Assembly: GCA_045837725.1 (NCBI GenBank)
Contig: JBEWZL010000163.1
Span: forward strand, 124,001 to 188,000
Direction of reading: 5' to 3'
DNA from: Vermamoeba vermiformis
Lineage: Eukaryota
DNA: 64,000 nucleotides
Shown: positions 10,232 through 22,509 of the stretch, in pieces
How the letters are laid out: each line of letters opens with the position of its first letter
How positions within the stretch are numbered: position 1 is the stretch's first letter
The notes under the pieces: model-generated
What the model was told of the DNA's origin: nothing
The model's database searches: none
Seen by the model: the letters and a program-made list of their open reading frames with translations, nothing else
Translations under genes and position numbers: made by a program

Positions 10232-13126
10232 ATGGCTGCCATGGAGCCTGCAACAAAGAAACCTAGGTAAAAAATAAAGATATTACTACTTAATTTTGTA
10301 CTAATTATGGTGTTTAGGATTGCTAATACCGCATCTGGGGCACCAGATCCTATCAAGCTTTGTATGATAACAGACGAAATTGATAATTTGTTAAAAATTA
10401 TTTCTAAATTATTATGAAGCGTGCGAGCATATTCACATCGATACAAGCATTTACGACGAGCTGATCAGTTCTCCGAATTCACGTTTCATCATCAACAACA
10501 ACAAATGGCTGATCATCAACATGCAATACATATGGGAGTTCATACCAAGTAATTAAACACTTCATATTTCATTTTATCCTGCTGATCTTTGCCAGCTCGT
10601 GTCAAGTTCATCAAACGAACTGAAGTGCCCTCCAGTGACGCTTCAACTCGCTTGTTTCAGGTTATATCCGACGAAGAGAACAATCAAGTGATATTCCTGG
10701 GTCTATCAGCGGTCTACGTGGTGAATATTAGTAAGTGCGTTCGATCTGCGTCCGCTTTCAATTTCATAACCGGAATATCATACCATTAGACAATTGGCAA
10801 TGGACTCAATACGACAATAAGATCAAAGCACCTATCAACGCACCGAACTATGCAGCAGAATACTTCATATTCAGCTATGATAACGACAAATTGTTTCGCG
10901 GTACTTTGCCCTTCAACGGAGATCTCGAAAAAATTGCAACTTCGCAGCCTAAAGGCGTTAAAATCAACTATCCGTGGGTTAATAATGCTATTCTATATCT
11001 TGGTGACTATTATTTCATCAACACAATACACCACGTTCACCATTATTTGATCAAGTTGTGCATGGCTCAAAATGGTAATTTAACGCACCTTAATTATAAC
11101 GAGGTTTAATTTTATTCGTAGAATTCGTTGTCGTTGGTAAATTGAACGGAAACATTAAAGGCCAGTTCACTTTCGGATTTGAACGATTCAATTGGCTGTA
11201 TTTCATCAGCGATCACAACACTATGCTTACTATCTCCGAATTCGGTAAGCATATGTACAATAAAAGCAATGCGTTAATATAATCCTGAAAAGAAACGGAG
11301 GAAATTACATTGAAAGTCATGGATCTGCCCGCGAATCCGTTCCTGCCCACATCGCTGGCGAATCAATATATCGGATCGTTTCAAGAACCACTCACATATT
11401 ATGCTTTTGATGGCAACAACTTGATCCTATTCAACAAACGGCGGCTGACTTGTGTCAAATTGGATCTTAATTTCAACACGTGGTCCCAGCCAATCATATT
11501 CGAGGTTAGTTGCTGCTATATTATCTCCTATACTCTAATATTAATTATATGTAGGATTATCCTCCGCCACTCCACAACTATTCTGGTGGAAGTTGGATCC
11601 GCTGGAACAATTCTGGTCTCTTTCTTACCGCGCAAAAGAATCTCGATACAGTGTTCTTATTCGACGCTAGTGCGTATTTTATGATTAACGATACCAATAA
11701 TCAATATTGACCTCTCATACAGAAACCTGGACTTGGACAGCAAAACAATGTTTTGTAGAGCCAAGTTATTTTGGCGAAGCGCCTAAATTGAGTTGGATGC
11801 AAGGTAATATTATTATATCGTTAATAATATTAATATTAATCCCATTACTGACGTTTACTTCGTCGAGGTGCCGTTCATGAAAATTATTTGTACGTGTGTG
11901 GCTGTCCTATTAACCTGCACTCAACTGCTGTGTTCAAAATACATCGCCTAGACCTCAGTATGTATTATATTAACAACAATATGATATTCGCTTGCTAAAT
12001 CCTTCGAGATGAGTGGATGTGGTCCAAAGTACGAAATTTTGAAGAGGAAGAATCAGGTGGTATTGTCGACAATACTGCAATGTATAACCTCAGTAGAAGG
12101 AATGATTATTCGCCCATGTTCGTAGCCAATAACAAGCTCTATTTTCTGACGATACAGATCGGGAAACAAACGCATGATTGGATCGCGTTGGATCTCGGTA
12201 AGATTTAGTCTATTATGGATTTTAACGTTAAATTAATATAACCGAACTCACGTCCATAGAAGCTAACAAATGGACGAAGAAAGAACGAGCCACAAAATCA
12301 AATCCAGAAAACATGCACCACAAAGCTGCGGATTCGACGGCAAATGTAAGCATTGCTTGCTCATGTACTTTATATTAACAGCACTTCCTATCATAGAACT
12401 GCGTGTATATACTATTAGACGGAAATCTCGAAACACTCTCGCTCGCGGACCAAAAAATTGAGAAGATGGAGCGTCGTTATGTCTCCGCGAGCAGTGTCAA
12501 AGACGTCGTTGAATGGGGCTCTAGGTTGGTGATTGTGAGCTCACTGGACGGAACTACGCCTCTCAACGACTTGCGGTTCTTTGACACGAGTAAGACCTCT
12601 ATCATTCGATCATAACAACTGACGGTCGTAGCCAGCAACAGCTATTGCGACGTCACGTGGACAGGCGATGATCCGCACTTGTATCGCCACACTAGAGCCG
12701 TTCAGCTCCACGATCAAGTGTTCGCGCTCACCACCTCGAAGACTATCACGCGCATCTGTAAGCTGAGCTCTGTTGTACTTAATATGTTCACTAACAACGT
12801 ATTCAGTCAAGGACGTGCAAGTCAAGTCACTGCAGCACTTAGCGACGACAGCACTGTGTGGCTATTTAGGTGAGTGTTTTTGACACGTGATTTGATTACA
12901 CTTTTGGTTTGACACGTGTCAATTGTTTTCAGACATGGACAACGTGTTCACACTGCTCGACTACTCGGTCAATCTGCGCAACAGAGTGCTGCAACAAGGC
13001 TGCATTGTGTTTTTGAAGAACAACACGCTGAAACTGATGCAGCGCATTGACGAGATCAATCAGTTGAGTCCTGAGATCAAAGACATCTTGGCTGCTACAT
13101 TTACTTATCTGCCCATCAGGCAATAA
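10232..13126 (+). CDS. Multi-exon beta-propeller (Kelch-like) protein with a C-terminal BC-box-like/BACK-like region, paralog B
   Basis: Starts MAAMEPATKKP. Closely similar exon layout to 904-3814. The last exon is near-identical (DMDNVFTLLDYSVNLRNRVLQQGCIVFLKNN). Confidence 0.6.
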
Positions 13127-13206
13127 ACAGAGGGTGCCAAAGTTGACCTCTACAGTGATTCCAATTGTGGTGCATAATAAATCGAATTAAGATACCGAAT
13201 GAAAAA

Positions 13207-15924
13207 CTATTCGAGCTCCCAATCAAACAATAATTCTAGTCGAATGTCTCTGCTGTCAAGCCTCTTATCGACGTACATGATCTGGCTGCGGTAGAGGAAC
13301 TCGCTCACAGTTGGAACAGCTGCCACTATCAGTTCAATGTAGTGCTCCTTAGGTCGTTTGTCCGAAGATATAGCTAGCAGCATATTAAGTATCGGAAACA
13401 GGCTCCCATCTGGCAGTCGATGCGTGATTCGCCAAGCAGTCGCTAATCGTTCCAATTGCAACATTTTGTGTATGAAATTGCAAAATGACTTTGCCAAGCT
13501 TTCACGTACGGTCTCCAAATACTTCTTAATTAACTTCAGTCGGTGAGGCCAAGGCATGTCACTTGGAGCGTCAATCCACCAAGCATCGCTAATGTGCATT
13601 GCAGTGCTTTCGTTGAGTAATACGAGATGCCTCTGCTCAGCACCAATGTCCAGCTCGTTCAAAAGTCTCGTCGCCTCTTTGTCATGAAATTGAACCCGCT
13701 CCCAGGCTTGTGTCAGATCTACCGTTATCGTGCACAGCGCATCCACTTGAACGGAAGGTACGTCGCTTGAAAGACTCTTTCGATCGTCTTCAGGCAGCAG
13801 TTCCAACAGCTCGTGGTACTTGGTCTGTCTTAGAGTAGCATCAAGTAACGCACGTTGTTCGTCGCTCAATTCGAGTAGGTGTTGCTTTGGCTGACTGAAA
13901 TCTTTGACCCATTTCAGCCGCCTTAATCTTCCTGTCAAGTCCAAGTTGCCGACCCACCCATCAATCGCTCCATGCTGCAGAATGAAGTGTTCGTATTAAA
14001 ATGACCAATGGATTGTTGACAGCGAGTACTTACGTAATTAGAGTTTAGATCTTCACGTTCTGGCATAAATTCGCCTCTCATACTCTTGTTTAATTGCTGC
14101 AATTCTATGCGCAAGCTCTTAACTTCGTTCGTCAAACTCATCAACTAACGCATCGATTAGCGTCATTGCCGAATTTAATGTTACTTACGGCTTGATAAAT
14201 AAGCATTTGTCCCGGAGTCACTAATTCGTACCTAATGGCTTCACCAACGAGTGGCTCTTTCTCTTTTGGCTGCTCATTATTTGCGTCTCCAAGGGTGTTA
14301 TCGTTGCTCAATTTTTCGTCGTGCAATACGATCTTGTGCTCTTTTCTATCAAGTACTTCCATCTCTAAACAAGGTATTGTACTAAGGCTGTTAATGTCTC
14401 CGTCAGTGCCTTTAGCCTCGCTGGGAGTCGGATCTGTTGGTTTTTCTTTTCGACGTCGAATTTTACGCTTTCGTTTTTTCTGTTCGACGGTCGGATTTGG
14501 ATCGCTCGGCTCACAGTCGCTACCTAGCTCAAGTCAAACATAAGACTGATATATGAAATTGATTCTTTGCGTGGACTTACGAGAAACTTTTTTGAACGTT
14601 CGAAAGTTTTGTTTAGGTTCCGCAGCCGACCCGACAACAAAGATCAACCCACGCGAAAGACCTTCTTCTATCGTCATCTTGGAGTCTACTGGCACGACTT
14701 CCATGGCCTCGACGAATTGGCAGTCACCCTCTTCCAGATCTTGGCAGTACATTTCATTTAAAAAAGTGCGCATGCGGGCTGCGCTAGTCTTTTGCCAGTA
14801 AGCTGACGTGAAAGTGTCCTGCTGGTTGGCCGATTGACATTGAGCACCTACATGGAAATATACTGGCACTGATGCGAGATCTGCGGTAGGAGATGTGCCG
14901 ATCGTCGGAGCTGGAGTTGACTGCCCTGAGCTTGGACTTTCTTCGGATTTATTTACTTAATGAAAATATATCGTTAATAGTTATTTTCTAATATTCGATT
15001 ATCGGATTTACCCTCAGTCCAGCCATCCAAGATCCGGTACTTGCAAGTAACGCGCGTGAATATCTTTTCTTGCTCTCGCTTTTGAATGCACCTGTCCTCG
15101 TGTAGTCGAATCAACGGAATCATTTTTAAAGTGCTTGAGCTACTCTGCTGAAGTAAGCCAGGAGCCAAAGTAGTCAGTAAGCCGCGGACTGCCACATCTA
15201 CCACGCGAGCAGTGCGAATTACAGTTGAGGGTGCGCACTCAATCTTGGACGAACACGAGTACTCTTTGTCGTTCGTGTAGAACACAACAAATCCTAATTA
15301 ACTTTTTACATATGTCCGATAACGACAACCTTTTAAACTACTTACTTGCCATTATTTGTTAGCTAATGAAGAGATTGTTGTTTCGTGCTACGAATTTAAA
15401 TTTAAATGTAACTACATTTTTTCTGTTTGTCGAAAGCTGCAAAAATAGCCAGAATAAGTTACCCCCTTGAAACAAAAGGGTCTTTAGCATTAACCGGTTA
15501 GATAAGTGGAGACGTTGATGTGTCTAAGAAATGAAATGTTATTAATTAATTCTATGCGTTTGTTGCGTACCGTGGCGCGAGTCTCGTGGCGCTGCAAGCA
15601 TCCAACACCTGAAGCCGTTTTCAAGCAATACTAATATAATTATTATTATTATTATTTTAAAGTTACTTGCTCACCCACAATCGCTACGAGAAGAGACGAT
15701 CGCACTCGTTTTGGAGAAGGAAGGGTCAACTCATCATCAAGTTCTTTAGCATAACTTTAATGTGATAATATAATTATTAAAAAGTATATTAATTTAAGCC
15801 CTATCATTCAAGGTGATTAGAGTTCACCTAAAGCATATTTGATAACCAAAATTTATTTATTTTTAATTTAATTTTATTCTAATTACGCTTTGGAGGAATT
15901 AAATATGGCTCGTGTTATTACCAT
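13207..15924 (-). CDS. Multi-exon hypothetical protein
   Basis: ORFs 14974-15285, 14534-14869, 14141-14362, 13935-14144 and 13207-13944 can be joined by GT-AG introns (for example NSNY|HGAIDGWVGNLDL). The 5' end is uncertain, with a candidate ATG at 15924. Confidence 0.5.
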
Positions 15925-16165
15925 GGCACTTGATAATTAATAAAATTGCTTTATCTTTTTTTAGTTCGCCGCATCTGATAGTTTGCTTATGTATCGTCTG
16001 TTGCTCGACAGCAAACTCTTGCTGAACCTTGGTTAATAATTACAATATAGAAGGTGCGACAATACACGTTATTTAAGATAAAGGTGCGTGTGTTGCTCGA
16101 TTGCGCCGAGACATAAAACTGCGTGTCAAATTGTCGCTTACTTTACACGAGCGAGCGGCTCCAAT

Positions 16166-16972
16166 TTAGAGGTGATAATCAAGCTTGTAATTACATGTCT
16201 ATTTACAAAATCCAAATAAAACTACATCTACGTAAGCAATTACTTGAAGTAGCTCCTCTGAAGATGCTCGGATAAATCGTACCGCAGCAGTGGCATGTCG
16301 ATCATATTTTTGACAATTTTTCGGAGTCGTCGATCGACCTTGCGCCACTTCGGATCCTTAGTTACAATTGCCGTTGGAAATGTCCTGCCGAAACACTCCA
16401 TGACCATGGTATCGGGCAGCTCATTGAGTAACTAACCAGCGTTAGTATAAGTATACGCCGACAAAAGCCTGCTATGTAAGTACGTACCAACTCGGCAAAT
16501 ATTACCCCGGCTGAATAGACGTCATGCGCGTACGACGCTAAATCTCTGTTGTGAATGAAATGCTCTGGAGGGTAATACGGGCCTGTAAATGGGGCGGGAG
16601 GAACTGGTTTGCGACCATCGCCTGGAAATTTGATTTTCACTTCAGTCAGCAGGAACAAGTTGCCAATGTAGACATCTGGTTTGCCGCTTGCATTCCATCG
16701 CCATTTGATGGACTCTGGGCATATAAACCGATGTACCAAGTCCCGGTTGTGCAACTCGCTTAAGATCTGAATATTAATTAGATCAGTTTCTTTTTGGTCG
16801 TTGAGTTACTTACAATTAATATCTGTCGCATGACTCGCTTGGCAAATTTCCTTAATACGTCTACACAAAATGGCTGGAGGTCGTTATTGTTTGGATCCAC
16901 TTCAACCATTGCGAGGTGATACTTGGAATGAGCGTTAACAAATTTGTAAACGCGAATATAAACGTTCTCCAT
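16166..16972 (-). CDS. Protein-kinase-fold protein, probably a pseudokinase consisting mainly of the C-lobe
   Basis: RQILI..LHNRDLVHRFICPESI, VYIGNL, GPYYPPE and DVYSAGVIFAEL match kinase subdomains VIa-IX. HRD is replaced by HRF and DFG by GNL. The 3' end is approximate. Confidence 0.6.
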
Positions 16973-17282
16973 CTTAGAATGAGTTGTGCTATTGTTCCTT
17001 CAGAAAAGACTCAAAAAGAACATTGCCACAACCAAAAATGTAGCGCAAACGGCTAGTTTTCGAGAATTAATTTTTGGCGGCAAAATATTTCAAATTCTAC
17101 GTACTCAATCGAACAAATAACTTGTTGTATTTATTTCAAAAGGAGCTTCGGAAGCAAATCGCCGTCAGACCAGTTGGAGCCACGATGCATCCAAATTGCG
17201 TGGTTGAATTCTTTGTCCTAGTCAGTACTGCCTATCTGTACTTTACTGGCTCAGGTAAGAACTTATTACTAGTAATAGTACT

Positions 17283-18184
17283 CTACGAGTACATCGATGA
17301 AATAGCTGACGGATTTGACTCTTCGTCCTCATCGTCATCTTCATCGTCGTATCGCACATTGATGCCATAACTCGCAAACATTCGCGCCACAGGATCGTCA
17401 GACGCAGCAGTGTTGTTGTTGTTATTCGTGCGTGGTGCGTTGTTGTTTTGCCCGTTGTTCGTTCGTTGTGCGCGACTTCGTGCTCGTTTTTGAGCCTCGT
17501 ATTCAATGTCTGCTGTTGGAAGTTCGTGTCGGCACATAGGACACGTGTTGTGCTATATAAATAAGGGATAGTTAGCAAATGTATTGGCATTATAATTATG
17601 AGTTCACGTACGCGACCGAGCCACGGCAAAATGCAATCAGTGTGGAACACGTGTTTGCAGGGCAGTTTCTTGGCCTCTTCGTCGAGTTTAAAACTGTTCG
17701 TGCAGACAGGACACTGTTCGCTGCCGTATTTGCCTAATTTGGAAGGTCAGTCAAGGCTTGTCAAGTTGACTCAATTTTACTTACGTAAATCACGTTCGTC
17801 AAAAACAATTGTATCTAATTCTTCGATGGCCATATGTGATGCTGGAGGTGTGCCACTAATTTTTGAATTTATTAATTATTATTTGAAAAATTAAGAATTT
17901 TGATATTGCCCTCACAACGAAGGAGCGACCTATTGATGTTTATTATAATTCATTTTTATCGTACTTACTCGTTAATAGTGCTGTCCAAAAATCGTGCGAA
18001 GAGTCGCTCGAACCGCTGCTGATCTGTCTCGCGTTGAGCTTCTGGACGAGTTCCAAAGTCAATCGAAAATCCGTCGTACTGTGACATAACTCCGCTGTGC
18101 TAGTATAATTCAAAAAGGTAACTTTATAACCACTTCCGCTCCGCGCTCCTTTTTTTTGTTGGGTTGTTGCACTTCATCGCCCAT
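17283..18184 (-). CDS. RING-H2 E3 ubiquitin ligase (RNF126/RNF115/RNF181-like)
   Basis: GTPPAS..IEEL; CPVCTNSFKLDEEAKKLPCKHVFHTDCILPWL..HNTCPMCRHELPT across introns. Confidence 0.85.
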
Positions 18185-18400
18185 GTGAAGCACAACAATG
18201 ATTACACATTGATATAGTAGGGACAGAGTACGTATCGGTGGCATATCTCCAGGCAATGATGATGTGACACGATACACTTCATTTCTAGTAATTTCAGATA
18301 AAGCTGTTTGGTTGGTGCAAGAGACGCGTGCCAAAATATTTAAATGGCAGATATTTATTTAAAGACAGTTGAACACCACATTTAAATAGAAGATACCGAC

Positions 18401-20437
18401 ATGTCGCTGCTCGAAGCGTTGCAACAAAAGAAAACAAATCTGCAACATGCCGAAACGAAAGTCAGGCACGTCGTTGAGGTATTCGGTAGCGAGGTTCAAA
18501 TTACTGGACCTGAAAATCAAGTGGTACTGATACTCAGCAAATATTTGAACGGTTACCATGATTGGATTCAGAAAAAAGGTAATTAGGAATATTCAACTTC
18601 AATATATACAAGCTCTATTTAATAATCGACGTCGTGTACGATTACTCACATTCGACAAACATACGTTCACGGGCAATGAACCATTTCTAATATTTTTCTG
18701 ACACGAGTTTTCTAACCGATCACATCTAGCCGTTAAAGTGCTCTTCACCACCCCTTACACCAAGTCCGTAATGAGCCTTAAAGATCAAAAATATTACGCG
18801 CACATCGAGACATTCGATGACTACGACACTACAGGCTTCATTGAATACATGGCCGTCAAGCTGCACAAACAGTTCGGATTTACTCACGTAAGCATCTCTT
18901 TGCCACATTTCTTCGTGCACTATCCGTTATTAATGTAATCAATCTATGTAAATAGGTCGTAGCATTGATTGAAGAGGACATTATTCGTGCAGCTCGAATC
19001 AGAGAGGCACTCAAGATCAAGGTCGGTCAGTCTCTCGCTAGTGCTATGAGGTACGACTCTCTCTACGTAGTGTACAATGCACCTATTCCGTTAGAGGCTG
19101 CAGACAATGCTAAGATCATTTATCAAGCGCTAAATTCCTGCGATCCATGACGATTTCCAGCTGAACTAATGCGTGCAATTTTAATCAGGTTCCGTGATAA
19201 GGTCGTTATGAAGCAAGTCCTCGCCGCGAAGGGTATTAAGGTCCCTGAATTCAGTCCTGTAGAGAGTGCAACGGATTTGGCAGTGTTCCTCGAGCACCAC
19301 GGCTATCCAGTCGTAGTTAAGCCTCGCAAGGGATATTCCTCGATAAACACATCGGTACTACGATCGAGTGAGGACCTCGAACGGTTCTTGAAGAAGAGCT
19401 TTGGCAACGGCATTGTCGATCCGTCGCTCGATCTGGAAGTCGAAGTATTCATCAAAGGACAGATGTATCATATCGATGGACTGGTCTACAATAATGAGAT
19501 CAAGCTCATATCACCCTCGAAGTATCTTGGAGTGGTCGTCGACTTCGACAGCAATCCTCTGCTCGCTGGATGTGCTCTTTCACTGGACAATCCACTCACG
19601 AGACGACTGCAACAATTCATCGCTGATTGTGTCACTGCTCTCGAGGGCCCGAGTTGTTTCGCCTTCCACGCTGAGGTATGTTATTTGAAAGCTATTCCAA
19701 ACCCGTGTCAGATTAGTTGCGGTTCAGTCAAATCTTGTGCGCTTTTACTCTTATATTAATATTATTTAATAAGGCATGGCATTCACCCGAAGATGAGATT
19801 GTTCTTTGCGAAGTAGCTTGTCGTACAGGCGGAGGTGAGATCGGCTTGCAAATGATGGAGATGTACGAGTTCAACTTTGACAAAACAGTCACACAAGCTC
19901 AGGTAACTAAAGAAATATTATTTTTATATCTACTGTTGTCTATTAAATTGTTTTTGGGTACTGTTATTTTTGATCTGATTGTTGACATCCAGTGCGAGAA
20001 CACGGTGACAAACAAGAAAATTGACGAGTTATGGACCACTAGACGACCAATCGTTGACTTTTTAGTCAGTTGGGCATGGGCCTATCCTCCTAACAAGCCA
20101 GTGGTCGTCGAGTCATTGCCTGAAGAATGCACGCTCGATTATGTGTTGTGGTATAAGAAGCTTGTCAAGTCAGGTAAGTGGCTCGTAGAAAGCAGCTAGT
20201 TCGTGCAGCATCGATTGCTTATTTACTACTTTCAGGCCACGAGTTTATTTCACGCACTGCATGTTCAGAGGCCGCGGCGTCATTTGTGTGCAAGGGCGAG
20301 ACTGAAGCACAGCTCGAGGAGAACACGAGGGCTGCAGTGAATTGGTTCAACGAGCACGTCAAGTAAGCCACTCTAATGTCATAGTGTTGAAGAATAGAGT
20401 TTGCTCATATATTTGTGGCAGGTATCTCGATGCCTAA
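18401..20437 (+). CDS. ATP-grasp domain enzyme (peptide/L-amino-acid ligase-like), multi-exon
   Basis: RFRDKVVMKQVL..GIKVPEF, GYPVVVKPRKGYSS, EVEVFIKGQMYHIDGL, FHAE, IVLCEVACRTGGG. Confidence 0.8.
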
Positions 20438-20558
20438 ATCAATTCTTCGCGGACAAAAAAGGAATAGAAAAGTCAATTTTGCGAATAATCTCTAAAAGAA
20501 TTGGCGGTGTGGAGTATTTATTCGGTCGGTCAAAATCAGTGATATCAAATGTATTAAC

Positions 20559-20798
20559 ATGGCGTCCAACGACAACATCGTCTACACGGTCGTGTTTTTG
20601 GATCTTCCTGCTGATCAGTACGTGAACTTCGCGCAACCCTACTACAAGCCTGTGACATACAGTGAGAGTCGCTTACTTATTCACGAAGAATGGACGGAGC
20701 CTACAATCGATATTATGCCTCGAATAAATAGTCGGTTCGCTTGCATTCCATACAAAGTCACCGTAAAACCTGATCTCATCCAACCTGTTGTACAATAA
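20559..20798 (+). CDS. Small single-exon hypothetical protein (79 aa)
   Basis: ATG in an ACATGG context, host-like codon usage, and an AATAAA overlapping the stop. Confidence 0.45.
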   Translation: MASNDNIVYTVVFLDLPADQYVNFAQPYYKPVTYSESRLLIHEEWTEPTIDIMPRINSRFACIPYKVTVKPDLIQPVVQ

Positions 20799-20929
20799 AT
20801 CAAGCTGTTTGCTGAAAGAATTGCCTTGCAATTAAGTAACTCGTGTATATTATTTCCCAGCGGAAATTAGTTCATTTTACTCAGTCGAAACTCGTGTTCT
20901 GCATCAAAATCAATTCCCTCGATCTGACA

Positions 20930-21676
20930 ATGGCGCAACCACAACAGCAAGGACAACAACAAAGTCCACCTACTGCACTAACAGCAGCATCAGTTCCTCA
21001 ACCAGCACCAGCGAAAGTATCATTTGCTAATTTGTTTAAGGAACACAAAGACAAACAGAAACAGATCCAAACAGACAATGGTACGTAAAATTACTAATAA
21101 AGAGACCAATAATATTGTCTATTTTGATGCCCTAATATCAGCTAAATTAAATTAAATAATCGATAGAAAGTTCCAAAAATCTTTTGAAAAGATAGCACGA
21201 CTCCTAGGTGCCTAAATTATAATTAATTAATTAATATGTTATTTTAGAAACAAGGCGGAAGGCAGTATTAAGTTCTGTCAATCGAGTATCAGATCTTATG
21301 CTAGATTCAGTCAACACCGGTGTTGCTCGCGTATTTATCAATCAATCACGTATAGAGAAGGTATTGAGTAAGTTACTTTCTATCGCCAGCACTAATTGCT
21401 TGATTGGATCAGGAAGCACAAAAGCTCGAGAGTCAAACAGCCAAATTGAACAAACAAACAGCCTCGTGGATTAAAATGATTGAAGATTTTAATGAAAGTA
21501 TTAAGGTACATCATTATCATTATAGGAGGTGTTAATTAGCACTAACAACTCGGATGTAGGAACTCGGTGATCTTGAGAATTGGGCCCAAGTTATTGAGAC
21601 TGATATGAAACAGGTCGCAATGACACTCGAAAATGTTCATCGCAAGCACGTCGAGGGCAATACTCCGAGCCAGTGA
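20930..21676 (+). CDS. BLOC1S1: BLOC-1 complex subunit 1 (BLOS1/GCN5L1)
   Basis: Spliced exons give LFKEHK...LDSVNTGVARVFINQSRIEKEAQKL...[29 protein letters not shown], the characteristic BLOS1 signature. Confidence 0.88.
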
Positions 21677-21830
21677 GGCATGACGCTCATTCTCATGTAA
21701 TATAATGCACATAAAACAGCCTGTTCAACAGAAATTTCGGACAGCACTAACCGCGAATGAAAGGAAATCTGACGAGCATTGGTTAATATAACATGAGAAC
21801 ACGAAGACCACAGTACTTCTTGTAAGTGAC

Positions 21831-22262
21831 ATTAGCTTTGTGATGGCGGTCATTTTCGAGAGGCAGTGCACCAAAGCAGGTAATAAGAGATGATTACAAT
21901 CACATTTTTGCTGCAAACAAACATTTGAATAAAGGATCTTTAAATTACAGGTTAGAGTTATGACGATTTTGGAGTTCTTGTTGGCGCAAGAAGTACGTGG
22001 CTGCCAATCGAGTCTTGTGCTCAAAGAAGACTCATCTTGAGTCTCGTTTAAAAGCGCAGATCTGTCCTTAAAACACAGACGCGTTAGAACTACGCCAATG
22101 AATACACTAAGGATAGTATTTATAGTCGATGCTAGACCACCAATTGACGCGATGAATGAGAACGCGGCGTCGTAGGTATTTTGACGCGTGATGATGGTCG
22201 TGATGAGACTGCGCAGCTGCAGCATGAACACGAATGGATAGGTCACGCCATTAGTCGTATTG
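21831..22262 (-). pseudogene. Duplicated 3' fragment (end of last exon plus 3' UTR) of the gene at 26000-27164
   Basis: About 430 bp nearly identical to roughly 25880-26291 (TTNGVTYPFVFMLQLRSLITTIITRQNTYDAAFSFIASIGGLAST). It has no 5' part and carries an indel of about 26 bp near 22030-22055. Confidence 0.8.
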
Positions 22263-22509
22263 ATGGTGTGTGCTCGATCACAAAGGGACAGGACGGCTGT
22301 GACCCAATGGGACAACACCGTCCCTTCAGTTCACGTTTCATAGAATTGCAATGAACTCGACAATGTGAGTTATAAATCTGACAACAGACTTGAACCAGCA
22401 TCAGCTGTTTTCACTTATCGCAGGTACGAGCACAGAGCATTTAAAATTGTGTCACGGTTTTAGTATCCACAACTAACTAATTGAAATAATATAGATTTAT
22501 TGCTCAAAC

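Noticed and set aside
21725-22318. 197-aa ORF as an independent gene
   Set aside because: Its core is a truncated duplicate of the 3' end of the 26000-27164 gene. The remainder is read-through into UTR-derived sequence.
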